A DNA stretch of 64,000 nt. Origin: Octopus sinensis. Its lineage: Eukaryota. The notes beneath the pieces are model-generated. The model made no database searches, had not been told where the DNA came from, and was given only the letters and a program-made list of their open reading frames with translations. The translations under genes and the position numbers were made by a program. This document shows, one piece after another, positions 48,814 through 61,355 of the stretch (position 1 is the stretch's first letter; each line of letters begins with the position of its first letter). Location of the stretch: the NCBI RefSeq assembly GCF_006345805.1, contig NC_042998.1, positions 99,510,001 to 99,574,000 on the forward strand, in the 5' to 3' direction.

Positions 48814-49466
48814 CAATGGTTCTCAACAAGGGTCTATATGACCCTTGGGGACCCATATTAAATTTTGTTCTTAAAGATTATGTTCATTAAATTGGTTATA
48901 CATCTACAATACACAAAATATAGTCTTTTTACTCTTTTTCTTGTTTCAGTCATTTGACTATGGCCATGCTGGAGCACCTCCTTTAGTCGAGCAAATCGAC
49001 CCCGGGACTTATTCTTTGTAAGTCTAGTACTTATTCTATCGGTCTCTTTTGCCGAACCGCTAAGTTACGGGGACGTAAACACACCACCATCGGTTGTCAA
49101 GCGATGTTGGGGGACAAACACAGACACACAAACATATACACGCACATATATATATATACGTCGGGCTTCTTTCAGTTTCCATCTGCCAAATCCACTCACA
49201 ATGCTTTGGTCGGCCCGAGGCTATAGTAGAAGACTTGCCCAAGGTGCTACGCAGTGGGATTGAACCCGGAACCATTTGGTTGGTAAGCAAACTACTTACA
49301 ACACAGCCACTCCTACGCCTATTTTAATTTTAATTTTTTTAATACAATTCCTAATAATATTTAAGTATAAAAATATAATAGGATCTTTTAAAAATATGAA
49401 TTAGCTATGGGGGTCCAGTAGAGTAAAATAGGAATCAAAGGAGTCCATAAGCAAAGGGGTTCACTA
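48814..49466. mobile_element. hAT-type MITE with an inserted SINE family B (-, 48925-49320)
   Basis: Starts CAATGGTTCTCAAC; body similar to about 4700-4880; nnnTAnnn-type flanks. Confidence 0.6.
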
Positions 49467-49834
49467 ATCTAAAAAGGGGAGTGTAAAAAAAAAAGAGTAG
49501 TGAGATCAAATGTTTACATTCAAACCTGCCAGAATGTATTAAGAATGACTAGATGCCTTGTTTGGATTTCCGCGGCTGTGCTTTACACCTACTAGCGTAG
49601 CCAGAGTGTGTGCCACCTGGGGAGGTCCTCCCGTTTGCTGCTCCCGGGCCCCACAAAAAACATTGCCTACAGCTATAGACTACAACAGGATGAAAAATGC
49701 CGCCCCTTTAAAAGTGCCGCATGAATTATCATTAGTCTGGCAGACATCAACACGCACCAGCAAATAACTTGTTTGCCGATTCCTATAAACAAGAGCTCGT
49801 ACTCTCGTGAGATTCATTGGTCCAAGAGATAGAG

Positions 49835-49884
49835 CTTTGTCTGAGGAGACACAAAACGGTCGAAAAAACCACGGTGTCTCAATG
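49835..49884 (+). ncRNA. Degenerate type I hammerhead ribozyme (paralog of 48688-48750)
   Basis: CUGAGGA-GAC(ACAAAACG)GUC-GAAA-AAACCACGGUG-UC; the base of stem III is disrupted. Confidence 0.5.
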
Positions 49885-50469
49885 TCCGTTAATATCGAGA
49901 GGTCATTGTGCTATGCACATACATTATCTAAAGAGAAGATATCTTCTACGTTGACAACATGCACACGCGCGTACACACGCACAACGATCTGATATTCCCG
50001 TTCAAATCTGCAAGAAGTATTAAGAATGACAAGACACATTATTGTTTGGATTCTTGCTACTCTGCGTATACTCCTTAAATTAAAATCATTAATTCTGTCT
50101 TCAAATAGTAACATGATGAATCACTTTCTGTGCACAAGTGGCTAAGTGCAACCAGTTTTTCTAGCGACTGTTTCTCTTCAAATGTGAAAATTATCTTTAG
50201 CCTGTAATCTGGGATCATCAATTATGACAGCTGTGAAATTGCTTCCGCTTGAGACAAGCGGAATAAATCTTGTCATGGAAAATGATCTTGATAGATCACT
50301 TTGGCAAATTTGTTCTTTTCCTGATTATTTCTGCTTGCTGTAGGTATGGAAGTGCTTTAGTTCACCTCTGATTAAAGAGCATCTAAACAATACTCTTTTA
50401 TTAACATAAGTTTCTAAATGAGTTAAAAAAACATTGTTTCTAGTATAACTGAATATTCTTTTCTTCTCT

Positions 50470-50855
50470 AGGCACAAGGCCCGAAATTTTGGAGAAGGGG
50501 GCCAGTCGATTAGATCGATCCCAGTACGCAAGTGGTAATTAATTTATTGATCCTCGAAAGAATGAAAGGCAAAGTCGACCTCGGCGGAATTTGAACTCAG
50601 AACGTAACGGCAGACGAAATACCTATTTCTTTATTACCCACAAGGGGCTAAACACAGAGGGGACAAACAAGGACAGACATAGGTATTAAGTCGATTACAT
50701 CGACCCCAGTGCGTAACTGGTACTTAATTTATCGACCCCGAAAGGATGAAAGGCAAAGTCGACCTCGGCGGAATTTGAACTCAGAACGTAACTGCAGACG
50801 AAATACCGCTAAGCATTTCGACCGGCGTGCTAACGTTTCTGCCAGCTCGCCGCCT
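50470..50855 (-). mobile_element. SINE family C, dimeric
   Basis: GAAAGGCAAAGTCGACCTCGGCGGAATTTGAACTCAGAACG occurs twice; ends CTGCCAGCTCGCCGCC. Confidence 0.8.
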
Positions 50856-52368
50856 TAGTATAGTTGAATATTGTTGCACTTCTTCCCAAACCCATTATTC
50901 CTCAAAAGCTTTCTCTGAAGAGAAAGATTCAGGCAAAGTTATTGTAGGAATGAAGGTCTTAACTTGAAACGTATATTTTGGAGAAAACTCTTCAGCATCA
51001 GGAGCATATCTATAGTTTGCATGGTTTTTGGCGCAGATAAAGAATACGCACACCAACTGTTTTCGGCGTAACCCGAACCTTAATCCCTAAACCTAAACTC
51101 CGGGTGTGTGTATTCTTAACCTGTTTTTTTTCTCTCGCCCTCACATTTTTTTCTGCTCACTTTTATTCTACATCAGGTTGTTTGGATTTGGCTGCTTATT
51201 TAATATCATCAAAATTTTCAGGAAAATACTCTTCAGTGTGAGGATAGAGAGGTGTACAAACAGAATCGTACGTATCGTAGGCGCATTCTTCTAGAGTCTC
51301 ACTGATTTCGTGAAATGAGTCCATTAGTATAGTTTAAAAACAAACACCAGTTCCTCCATTTCCAGAAGAATACCAGCTGTATTCACCCTTTTCCTTATCA
51401 ATATTAGAAAACTCCTCTAAATATGAGGTCTGAGGGAAGAGTGGGTGGTTTCTAATTTAACGCACACCTGCTAAGAAGTTACCTTTGCCACGTGACGCTT
51501 GACGTAAAAAAAAAAGGAAGAAAGGAATATCAAATAGGAATTAAAGAGTATTAACTGTTTCTGATTATTATCTCCCTACTAAAAGAGAAATATGTATTCA
51601 GCTCTTTCAGGCATACCTACTTAACGTGTGTGTGTGTGTATGTGTGTGCATAGTTTATAAAGGTATTTTTGATGTGTATGAATCCAAATGAAGTATGATT
51701 AATTTAAGATGAAAACCAGTTCAAGTAAATTTTTAATTTACAACAAATTTCACTGACGTGCACTGGCAGACTGCAGGTTTAGTAGTTAACAAGAATATTC
51801 ATACCAGTAGCAGCATCTCGTAGAGATTCAACTAATTGTATTGTTATCTAATATATTATTTACATAAAATCCATGTACTCTGACTCCTCAAATATTAAAC
51901 TACACGTATATACAATAAAAAAAACCAAGTCAATATTTTTAAGTGTAATCATAAAAGGTCAAATATTTAAATGTAATCATACCTTTCAATAAATCTTTCC
52001 ATGCAAGTAGAACGGCGCAGCACCAAATCTGTAGACAGTTCATTAGTCCGTCGAACTTGATCCTTTAAGCGGAATTGAACACGAGAAACCAGGAGGCGAT
52101 GGTTTTAGATCTGCGAGCTACTAAAAAAAATTGAATGTTTATGTTCTATATTTTTAGTACGTATTAGTGACATCCTCTAAATAAGCATAAGTGCCTTCCA
52201 AATCGTTCTCACGAATAAGATTGCTCATAATTCTTTATGATCGAATTTGAAAGATCGAAACTAAAAGTTTATGCTGAAACATCTGATAGCTTTTCTCGAA
52301 GGCGGGAAATACTGTCATTGATATGCAAATCATCACAGTGGTACGCGCTACGTAAGTGAATAGTATTA

Positions 52369-53015
52369 CCCTTCGGTGGGATGTGTATCACCGGAGTGGG
52401 GAAGAAGATAACCTCGTCAGTGGGATGCGTGCTACCTAGCGAGGGAGTTGAGGCCCCTCCCAGTGAAAGTGGTGAAGAATATATGTTCTGCTATCTCAGA
52501 ACATATGACAGTTTCGGGGAGAATGATATGGATAGTTGGGTCCTGAGGGACCCGACTTGTATTGACAGCCTAGAGTGGCCTTCGCAGGGGGCTGCTCTGG
52601 TGCTGGAAAGAAAGTCCTGTGATCATATAATTGACTCGTGTAAAAATGAGAATTATAGAATTATTTTTTGGAGTCCCGGATTGCGGTTGCAGGAATGCTT
52701 GCAAGTTGCAAGAAAATTACTCGGGGAAGGATTGTAGAGGTTTATTGCCTCCAATTTGTATATAAATTGTGTTTTATAATTGTATGGACATTTTAGTCCA
52801 AATATATTGTGTTTTAAATTGTAAGACGTTCAATACCTCTGTATATACGTTTTTAAAGAACAATGTTTTAGAGAAGCAGAGGGTCGGCGGGCGCTTTCTG
52901 TCTTCTCCCATCTTTATCATTTTTGTATCATAATCATTCGTCTCATCAATGTCTATGTTCAGCCCGCAAAGCTACCTTATCTATGTGCTGCCTACATGGC
53001 AAATTTAATGAATAA
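52369..53015 (+). mobile_element. Retroposed insertion (unclassified non-LTR 3' fragment) with a 15-bp TSD
   Basis: AAGTGAATAGTATTA at 52354-52368 and 53016-53030; ends in AATAAA. Confidence 0.65.
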
Positions 53016-53051
53016 AAGTGAATAGTATTATACCACACAAGCAGGTTTGTT

Positions 53052-53087
<36 letters not shown>

Positions 53088-56000
53088 TTAATTTTTTTTT
53101 TGTAAAAAAAAATCCAAGACGCTTACCTGGGCAATTGGTAGTTTCACAGTAGACAATCTCCTTTTGCTGTGACCATTAATGATATGTTCTTGTGTTTTGC
53201 CAGGGGGAGTCACTTGGTTCGATAACGTAATTTTTGAGCATTCTACACACGTCTGATCAAATGAACTCGGCATCAGCTGATTTAAAAAGACAAGACTTTT
53301 AGGATTTCAGAAGGCTTCAGGTTTCTTACTTGTAGCAAAAGCACAGAAGCACTCAACTTTTTACTGACCGAGCTTACTGCTGTTACTATAAATACTACTA
53401 CTATTAGGATATCCTTCGCCTCATTTCGCCTAATTGGCACTGTAATCGATTTTGTTGAATTAACATAAAATGGTTAAATATTCCACAAGTACGAAGAATA
53501 TTCTGCCATTTCACTCACAATCAACATGATATAGTTTGTGACAAAGCTTTTGAACTACAGATATAGTCCATTCGTAAGGTTTTTATGAGGAAGACACATG
53601 TCTAAGGACGCTGCGTAATGGTATCGTGCGTAGGACCTGGAAGCGAACTAGTTTAAAAATTCAGCTATACTTCATCCTTTTCAGTATATACTACAAAATA
53701 CCCATTATAGTTTCTGATTTAGGCATAAGACCTGCAAGTTTGAAGGTAAGGGATTAAGCGATATAATCAAATCCAGTTCTTGACTGATACTTTATTTTAT
53801 CGGTCCCATACGAATGAAGGCAAAGTTGATCTCGGTTGGATTTGAACTCAGAACAAATGAAGTAAAGTATTTTTCCGATTCTCTAACAATTCTGAAGTCT
53901 AACTGCCTTACAATGGCTTCCCCATTATGTCAGATAATTACAAAAATTAGATTATGTTTAAAGATTTTCATAATCTCGAAGCCGTTTTCTCAGAAAGTTA
54001 GCAAAAATCGTTGATGAGAGAAACTTAGTTTATTTAACAACCATAACAAATAATTTCACAAAATTTCAAATTCTAAAATTTTTGTAAATTTTTTGGTCAC
54101 TGCTTCATATTTTATAGCGCTATTATTTTCCACATCGAGGGTAATGGATGCTAGAATCGCTAGAATAATGATAAAAATATTTTATAATATTTGGTCAGAT
54201 AGCTCTCTAACTTCAAAATTCCAATATGAGCGGAGTGGCGCTTGTAATGGTACTGTTCAATTTTGTCGTTCATCCCCAAAATCGATATACTAATTGCCGG
54301 TCAAGTACTGGGTTTATTGAAGTTGATTTACGCACGCATCTCCAAATTTTTGGTATTGTGCCAATGTTAAAAACTACAGCTTTCCACAGTCTCATGCAAA
54401 GAGTTATGTTGAACAAAACCTTTGTAGACCCAGAGGCAGAAATTCGGGAAAAAAATTGGGATTGACTCTCAAACTATCTAGCAATTGATTAAAAAGAAAA
54501 TGTTTCGTTTGTATATCAGAATTTACGGTGAAATCACAGAATTAGCCGTGGATAATTTTTAATCATGCAACAATATTACATACGTATTCGGGCTCGGAGA
54601 TGTGTGTAACTGTAAAGTTCTGCCTGGAGAAAACTATCATGCACTCATGTTTTCAACTGACTAAATCTGTGCCTTTTTTTTTAAGTACAAAAAAAACAAA
54701 AACAAAAATGTGATAATAGTATCCTCACAGATTTCAGATCCCACAAATGCATATTTAAACAAACTAGGGCGCGGTCAAACTGTGTGTTTTCTTGAGTCAA
54801 CATGTCAAAATCGGTGAAGGACACTAGACATTATAATATATATATATATATAATTAACTAAGCAAATATAACGAAAATTTTTGCCCCTTATTACATAATA
54901 AACTTTGTTGAATCAACAGGACGTATATTTTGTCTTATTTATTAAGCAGAGAATGTTTACTTAATATCCTAAATACTTGAACTGTAGCATGGGAACTCTC
55001 TGACCTGTTGCTGACAATATTAAGATGTTCATATTAAATACTGCAGCTTTTCTAATAATAAGTTTCTCAAATAAACATAACTCTCGACGAAACGGCAAAT
55101 CTATGACAGAAAGAAAAGTGAAAGAGAGAGAACATCTTTCAATTACACTTGTTTTAATATTCACCATAATTTGTTACGTAATTTGTCCGAGATTACGTAA
55201 AAAATTATGGTAAATATTAAAACTAGTGCAATTGTAAGATGTTGATTATCTTTCTCTTTAAACGTATAGATTTACAGAGGTTTATACACACACACACACA
55301 CACACTAGCACTATGACCCGGCGTTGCCGGGTCTAGTGCTAGTGCTTGTTGCTCGTTGCCGGGTCGCAGTAAAAAATTCTCACTAAATCAAGAGCTAAGT
55401 TTCCTATCACATTTCAGACCGGGCCAGTTTTGTTGTTTATAAGCTAGCTGGAGCTTTTTATGAGAGTAATTAATATTCATTAGACTTCGGTTTTCACACC
55501 TGGAACGGCATAATCATGGAAAATTAGCGGGACTGTGTACATGCCATTAGTCGGACAAAAAAAGAAGCAGAAGAAAGCGAAAAACTCGAATTTGGCCGCA
55601 AAATAGCATGGTTTTGAAAATACACATAAATCTTGTTTGTTGAATTTCACACCCAACCCAGTTCTGCACAATAAGTGTCGCGACGGGAACGCATGGGTTG
55701 GGAGTTTAACTGGCAGAGGTGATCAAGTTGCACATGCCAGCCCTTTTGACACCAACCCCTCTCACCTAATCCCCTCGTCCTATGAGTGAATAGCAATGAT
55801 GGGAAGAAAAGTGCTGATTCCGGCGAAAAGGCAGAGCACGAAAAATAGCATTCAAAGTGATTTTATGAGTGTGACGCAATGAAGCAAGTAACGCAGTAAG
55901 GTCAACAGTTATAGGTTCATGAGGCATAGAAGCACGTAAGACATCAAGGTTACCTAAGGTATATATAATAGGTATGCCTTTTCGCCGGAAGGCTAATTGG

Positions 56001-56649
56001 GCTTCCGATCCACTGAAACGGAGGAGGTTGGGTTCAGAACACTACTAAGCCTTCAACTAAAACCTAGACTAACCTTACGGAAGGGGTCTCGGGAGCCTCT
56101 AATAGGCAGCTTCTAATCCCGATTTATCACTAACCCATCCTAGGGATTCTAAATGACATGTCTGTGGAGATGTGCATGGTGGGTTTGTTTCGGAGGAGGA
56201 CGACTGCATTGGATTAAGGACTGTCTGCAAATGCGCAGGCGTATTCAACTGTCAAGGGTAAAATTATCTCCGTCCAATTAAAAAACGGCTGGCAGTCTAT
56301 TGGCGTATCTAGCTGTACGCACACACCGCGTACAAATTTCTATGTTTTAGCGATTTTGAATGGATATGACCATAACTTATGGGCATATTGGGTCGGTTTA
56401 TCGATTTGTATAAAGGACACACATATTTTATGGATAACGAAAGCTGACAAGTAATATGAGCGTAACCGGTGTATGTGCATGAGTCAGAAAAAGCTTTATA
56501 ATTTACGTTTGAAAAAGGGATTCAGTTGGAAGTTGTTATAAGGTAACAGAAACGGAGATAGCGTAAACGAAAATATACTGCTGATTATATGGCCAAGTGT
56601 AGTGGGCTGATGTCATTCAGAATTTCGCAGAGCGATGTAGGCATAAATG

Positions 56650-57222
56650 TGTAACGAACTTAGTGTGTGAATATTTTCTCTGGACCTTTTGGGGGTGCGA
56701 GAAACAATCACTTTCCGTTGCTTTAATAATCCAGATTCTCTACCAGTCAGAAACAACAAGACGCAGACGTAAATAATATATATACTACTTTATTCTCTAA
56801 TGTGGTAACAGTAACAATAAGTGGTTATCTGGTATCCCTTTGGTATAAATGTGTCAGTGCTGAACCTTATCGCTGTAAAATAAGAAAGTGTTCAAATGCA
56901 AAACGACACTGGTCAAAGATGGCGTCCGGAACAGGGAGAAGATGTGGTCTGCAACAATTTGGTTAAAGGCCTTTTGGTAAAGCTGCTGCTAGAATCAAGT
57001 TCGGACAGAGAGAAAATATTTCACGTCCTGCTCCCTCGGTCGCTGCTGTCTCAAGTCGCTGCTTGCTGGACGCTGGTGGTCAACGTCTTACGATCCCCTG
57101 GCCTCGGCTAACTGCTACGTAGGCAAAAGGGTTCTTCTTCCGGTGGTGAAAGCACCAACTCCGCACGCGCGAAATACAAATGGACGGTGCGCGAGCGCGC
57201 GCCGTTGTATAGGATCACTACA
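56650..57222 (-). repeat. 3' LTR of the non-autonomous element
   Basis: Direct repeat of 58737-59309; one substitution seen. Confidence 0.93.
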
Positions 57223-58736
57223 GAGCTCCACCCCAGTGCGTAAGCACGACACAAAATTCCCTGTAGTGACTATAAAACTCAAGGTGGACACCAGATAACC
57301 AAATAGCACACAATATAATAAAATGGCAAAATTTACATCATACACAAGAAATTTACTAAAGGAAAAAATATACTCAAAATGAGCAAAATTCAAAAGTGCA
57401 TGCATGAAAGTGGATACGTCACAAAGTATAGAGCCTTCCGCTGTAGGGAGCGGGAGGAAAGCAAAACTCACAGTTAATGAACCTAGGCGAAATTAAATCC
57501 AACTTCTCTAAAGGTAGTTGATCCTGCGAAATAGCAGTTAAGTCAATTGCTGCAGGAGAGGAAATGGAATCGACAGATAGATCGCTAGTAACACAAAAGC
57601 AAAAGTGCAAGCATGCTGGTGTGATGCGCGACACAGATAATTTTCTCTGTTAATTACGTGACCAACAGGAGTCTAACAGGGAAAAATAATTACGCCTATA
57701 CATGGCGCTGCGCATGTGAACATCCGACATTCTATGATTCGGGAAAAGAATTAAGCTAACGCAAACGTGTTGCAAAAACAAGGCAATACACGTGCGAAGC
57801 AAAGGCGCATGATATGCAATAGAGCTTGCCAGACCGAAAAACAGCAATGAATATGCCAGTGGTTGAGCGATTATATGCCTCGTTCGTACAGGAACAAAAG
57901 TATGGCATGCCGGCGCGTTATAATGGACAAACAACCCTCTCTATGTATACGTGACCCCTAGGGTCTATAGAAATGAGGTGTGTCCACAAAAGGCAAATTT
58001 AGCATGGAAAAAAACAAGCGAGAAAAGCATGTGTGACGTATGTGTGTGAGAGATAGCATTTATGTGTGTGTACGTGTGTGCGACAAAAATACACACAAGG
58101 TGAAATGCGAGCAAAAAAATAAATACAGCGCATAGAAAAAAATGTCTCTCAAGGCTATTTCAGACAATGGAGTTAGTTTACCAGTCTGCAATAGCCTGAT
58201 GCACAATAGCAGTTCGTTCTGTAACAGAATGTTGAGATCACAAATGCAGATGCCGATTGGACACATATCGTGTAACGGTTGTGGCTTCAATGCTGTGACA
58301 GGTTAACTGGAACAGAAGAATCTCGTAGATAGTGCTGGGCTGTTAATTCTTGGCGCGCTATGCACGAACAGCGTGAAAGCTAAAGCTCCGCGAGTTGCTA
58401 TGTACATCTTGGTCGACGGTGGTGGTGGAAGGCGACTGTAGTGGACTTGAGACAACATCGTTCTTAGTGTTGATGGCGACGAAGACAACGACGACGTGAA
58501 GTTCTAAGACGACGATGACGACGGTAGAGAAAAAGCATCGATGATATGATGGCGTCCGTCATCATTGTTGAAGAATAAGAAAAGGGCTCCTTCTATAACG
58601 GTCCGAGAGGACGGAAACAAATCGTCGAAAGATGAATGCGTAGAGTTAAATCGTGTTCCGACTTCGCAGAAAAACTGGATTTCTTTGTTGTTAAGTGATC
58701 TCTGGTTTTAGACCAGAATCACGTCGGGGTCACCAC

Positions 58737-59309
58737 TGTAACGAACTTAGTGTGTGAATATCTTCTCTGGACCTTTTGGGGGTGCGAGAAACAATCACTT
58801 TCCGTTGCTTTAATAATCCAGATTCTCTACCAGTCAGAAACAACAAGACGCAGACGTAAATAATATATATACTACTTTATTCTCTAATGTGGTAACAGTA
58901 ACAATAAGTGGTTATCTGGTATCCCTTTGGTATAAATGTGTCAGTGCTGAACCTTATCGCTGTAAAATAAGAAAGTGTTCAAATGCAAAACGACACTGGT
59001 CAAAGATGGCGTCCGGAACAGGGAGAAGATGTGGTCTGCAACAATTTGGTTAAAGGCCTTTTGGTAAAGCTGCTGCTAGAATCAAGTTCGGACAGAGAGA
59101 AAATATTTCACGTCCTGCTCCCTCGGTCGCTGCTGTCTCAAGTCGCTGCTTGCTGGACGCTGGTGGTCAACGTCTTACGATCCCCTGGCCTCGGCTAACT
59201 GCTACGTAGGCAAAAGGGTTCTTCTTCCGGTGGTGAAAGCACCAACTCCGCACGCGCGAAATACAAATGGACGGTGCGCGAGCGCGCGCCGTTGTATAGG
59301 ATCACTACA
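58737..59309 (-). repeat. 5' LTR of the non-autonomous element
   Basis: Adjacent to the PBS; TG..CA ends. Confidence 0.93.
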
Positions 59310-60819
59310 AATGAAATAGGCTGTTCATGATGTGGCCAGAATTGAGGGCTGATATAATTCAAAGCTAGTGGCGCGAAGTTGGTGTGAAAAACAAAGGGCT
59401 ATTCCCATACTTGACAACCGATGTTGCTGGACTGCTGTTTTTTTTAGCTATCTGGTTAAAACAGCCGCTTAACTCTTCTTGGGCAGAGAACTGCTTTTGG
59501 TATTAATACGCGCCCAGCCCTGATTGGATAGAGTTGCCATAGCACAACTGTGCTACAACGCGATAACAAAAATAGCTTTTCTGACTCGCTACAATATAGT
59601 CGCTATATATCGGCGTCACGCCCTCCTCCGGCGAACAAATGAACATTTTCATTTCATTTGTTTACTGTCTTTACTCTTCCCTCTGTTATCTCGGAAACCC
59701 CCATTAGACTTTCTATCAAGCACATTTGCCACACTCACTACTGCCTTCTTATAAACTCACCAACATCCACTCTTATATTGATTTTTCCTTCTCCTACACC
59801 AAACAAGCCATCTCTTACTTCCAATTTCTCCGTTTCCGTTGTCTGCGTAACCACAATCATCACTTTGAGACCCAAACACGATACATGGTTTGTTTCTTCC
59901 TTTGACGAGATATACTCTAATCCCAGTCCGAGCTTCTCTCATCCGAACCCGCCAAGTCGACAGTCTCCACTCAGACCTTGCTTGTCTTCCCTATCTACCA
60001 CCCCTCTCATTGAAGCGTGCCCGTAATTTGTGACATATTGGTCCCCAGCTCTCTCTCCCTCTCCCATCCCACCTTTCTCGAATCTTTCCTTTGTTCCTGC
60101 TCCCGTTGGCTTACTTATTCGTTCCTAAAACACATCTACTCCCTCACAGAACCCAACCATTGCATTTTCTACATTTCCACACGTGCACCTCCACTGCACA
60201 TCTATTACCTCAAAATGCTTCCTTTGCGATGCCTTGTATATACCTCAAACTAGTCATTAAGCTGACCAATTTCACGGTACAACTTCGCGATATCTGGTTC
60301 AGATATCTCCATCTCAGGCCGCTTTCGCTCCGCGGATCACTGAACACAACATCTTTGTACCTATTACTATGGGTGCATTTAGCTATGTGACAACAGGTCT
60401 GCATAAAAACCTGTTGGGTTCTTAAAAAAAAAAAGCAGTACAGACTGATTCGCATTCTCCAAATATAATCGATAAGAGGTCCAGTGAAGGTTTGTAAAAC
60501 AATTCAAGGATTCTCAAACTAAGTCATTGGGTGAACACATGAACCCTACCACATATACATACAGAAGACTTACGATCGCACACTTGTGTGCTAACGTGAT
60601 ATGCACACCCACTACACGGTGTAGGTTTATTCGTTTGCTCACATATATGCACAATACACACATCCATAAAAGCACACATCAATCAATTCAGATAAACGTC
60701 AACCCCAAGAGTTGTCTTGACTTAAAACAAAAGAACCTTGTCACTTTGTTAGCGACCAGCTACAATGCACCAAGAAAAGACTTAAATCTTAAAGAAATGT
60801 ATACACAAACGTATACATG

Positions 60820-60820
<1 letters not shown>

Positions 60821-60892
<72 letters not shown>

Positions 60893-61054
60893 TAATGTTT
60901 GTTTTTATGTTCTATACTTTTGTTGAGTACAAATTTATTGTTCTTAAAATAGAATATCATTGAGAGTGACTTCGAAATTTCGGCCAGCTAAGCCATCGTA
61001 GGACTGTGTGCGTATGTTTACACACACAAGCACACACACATACACACACATACA

Positions 61055-61106
<52 letters not shown>

Positions 61107-61320
61107 ACAAAACCTATACACACACATCCATTGGCCAACTTCTTAGCGCATTCATATTCTGACCTATATCTTGTATTTGCATTTATTTCTAACCATGCTA
61201 CAACAATATCTATATATGCATAGTAAAATTAAACTTAAATTAATTTGAAATTAACAGGACTGGAGCCATATAGCAATACACATGTACGAAATATTAAATT
61301 CTATAAGTGTGAAGAATAGC

Positions 61321-61355
<35 letters not shown>

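Larger units (their letters stand above)
56650..59309 (-). mobile_element. Non-autonomous LTR retrotransposon (Gypsy-derived, tRNA-Trp PBS)
   Basis: 573-bp LTRs 56650-57222 and 58737-59309; TSD AATG; PBS complementary to the tRNA-Trp 3' end (ATCACGTCGGGGTCACCA 58718-58735); small pol relic at about 57415-57575. Confidence 0.92.

Noticed and set aside
51068-51100. Telomere-like TAACCC/CCTAA repeats
   Set aside because: Short and degenerate, inside a small MITE-like repeat; not a telomere
58718-58735. tRNA-Trp gene
   Set aside because: Only the 3' 18 nt including CCA, adjacent to an LTR; this is a primer-binding site
56896-59198. Duplicated 71-aa ORF (56896-57111 and 58983-59198)
   Set aside because: Lies antisense within the two LTRs; LTR identity explains the duplication
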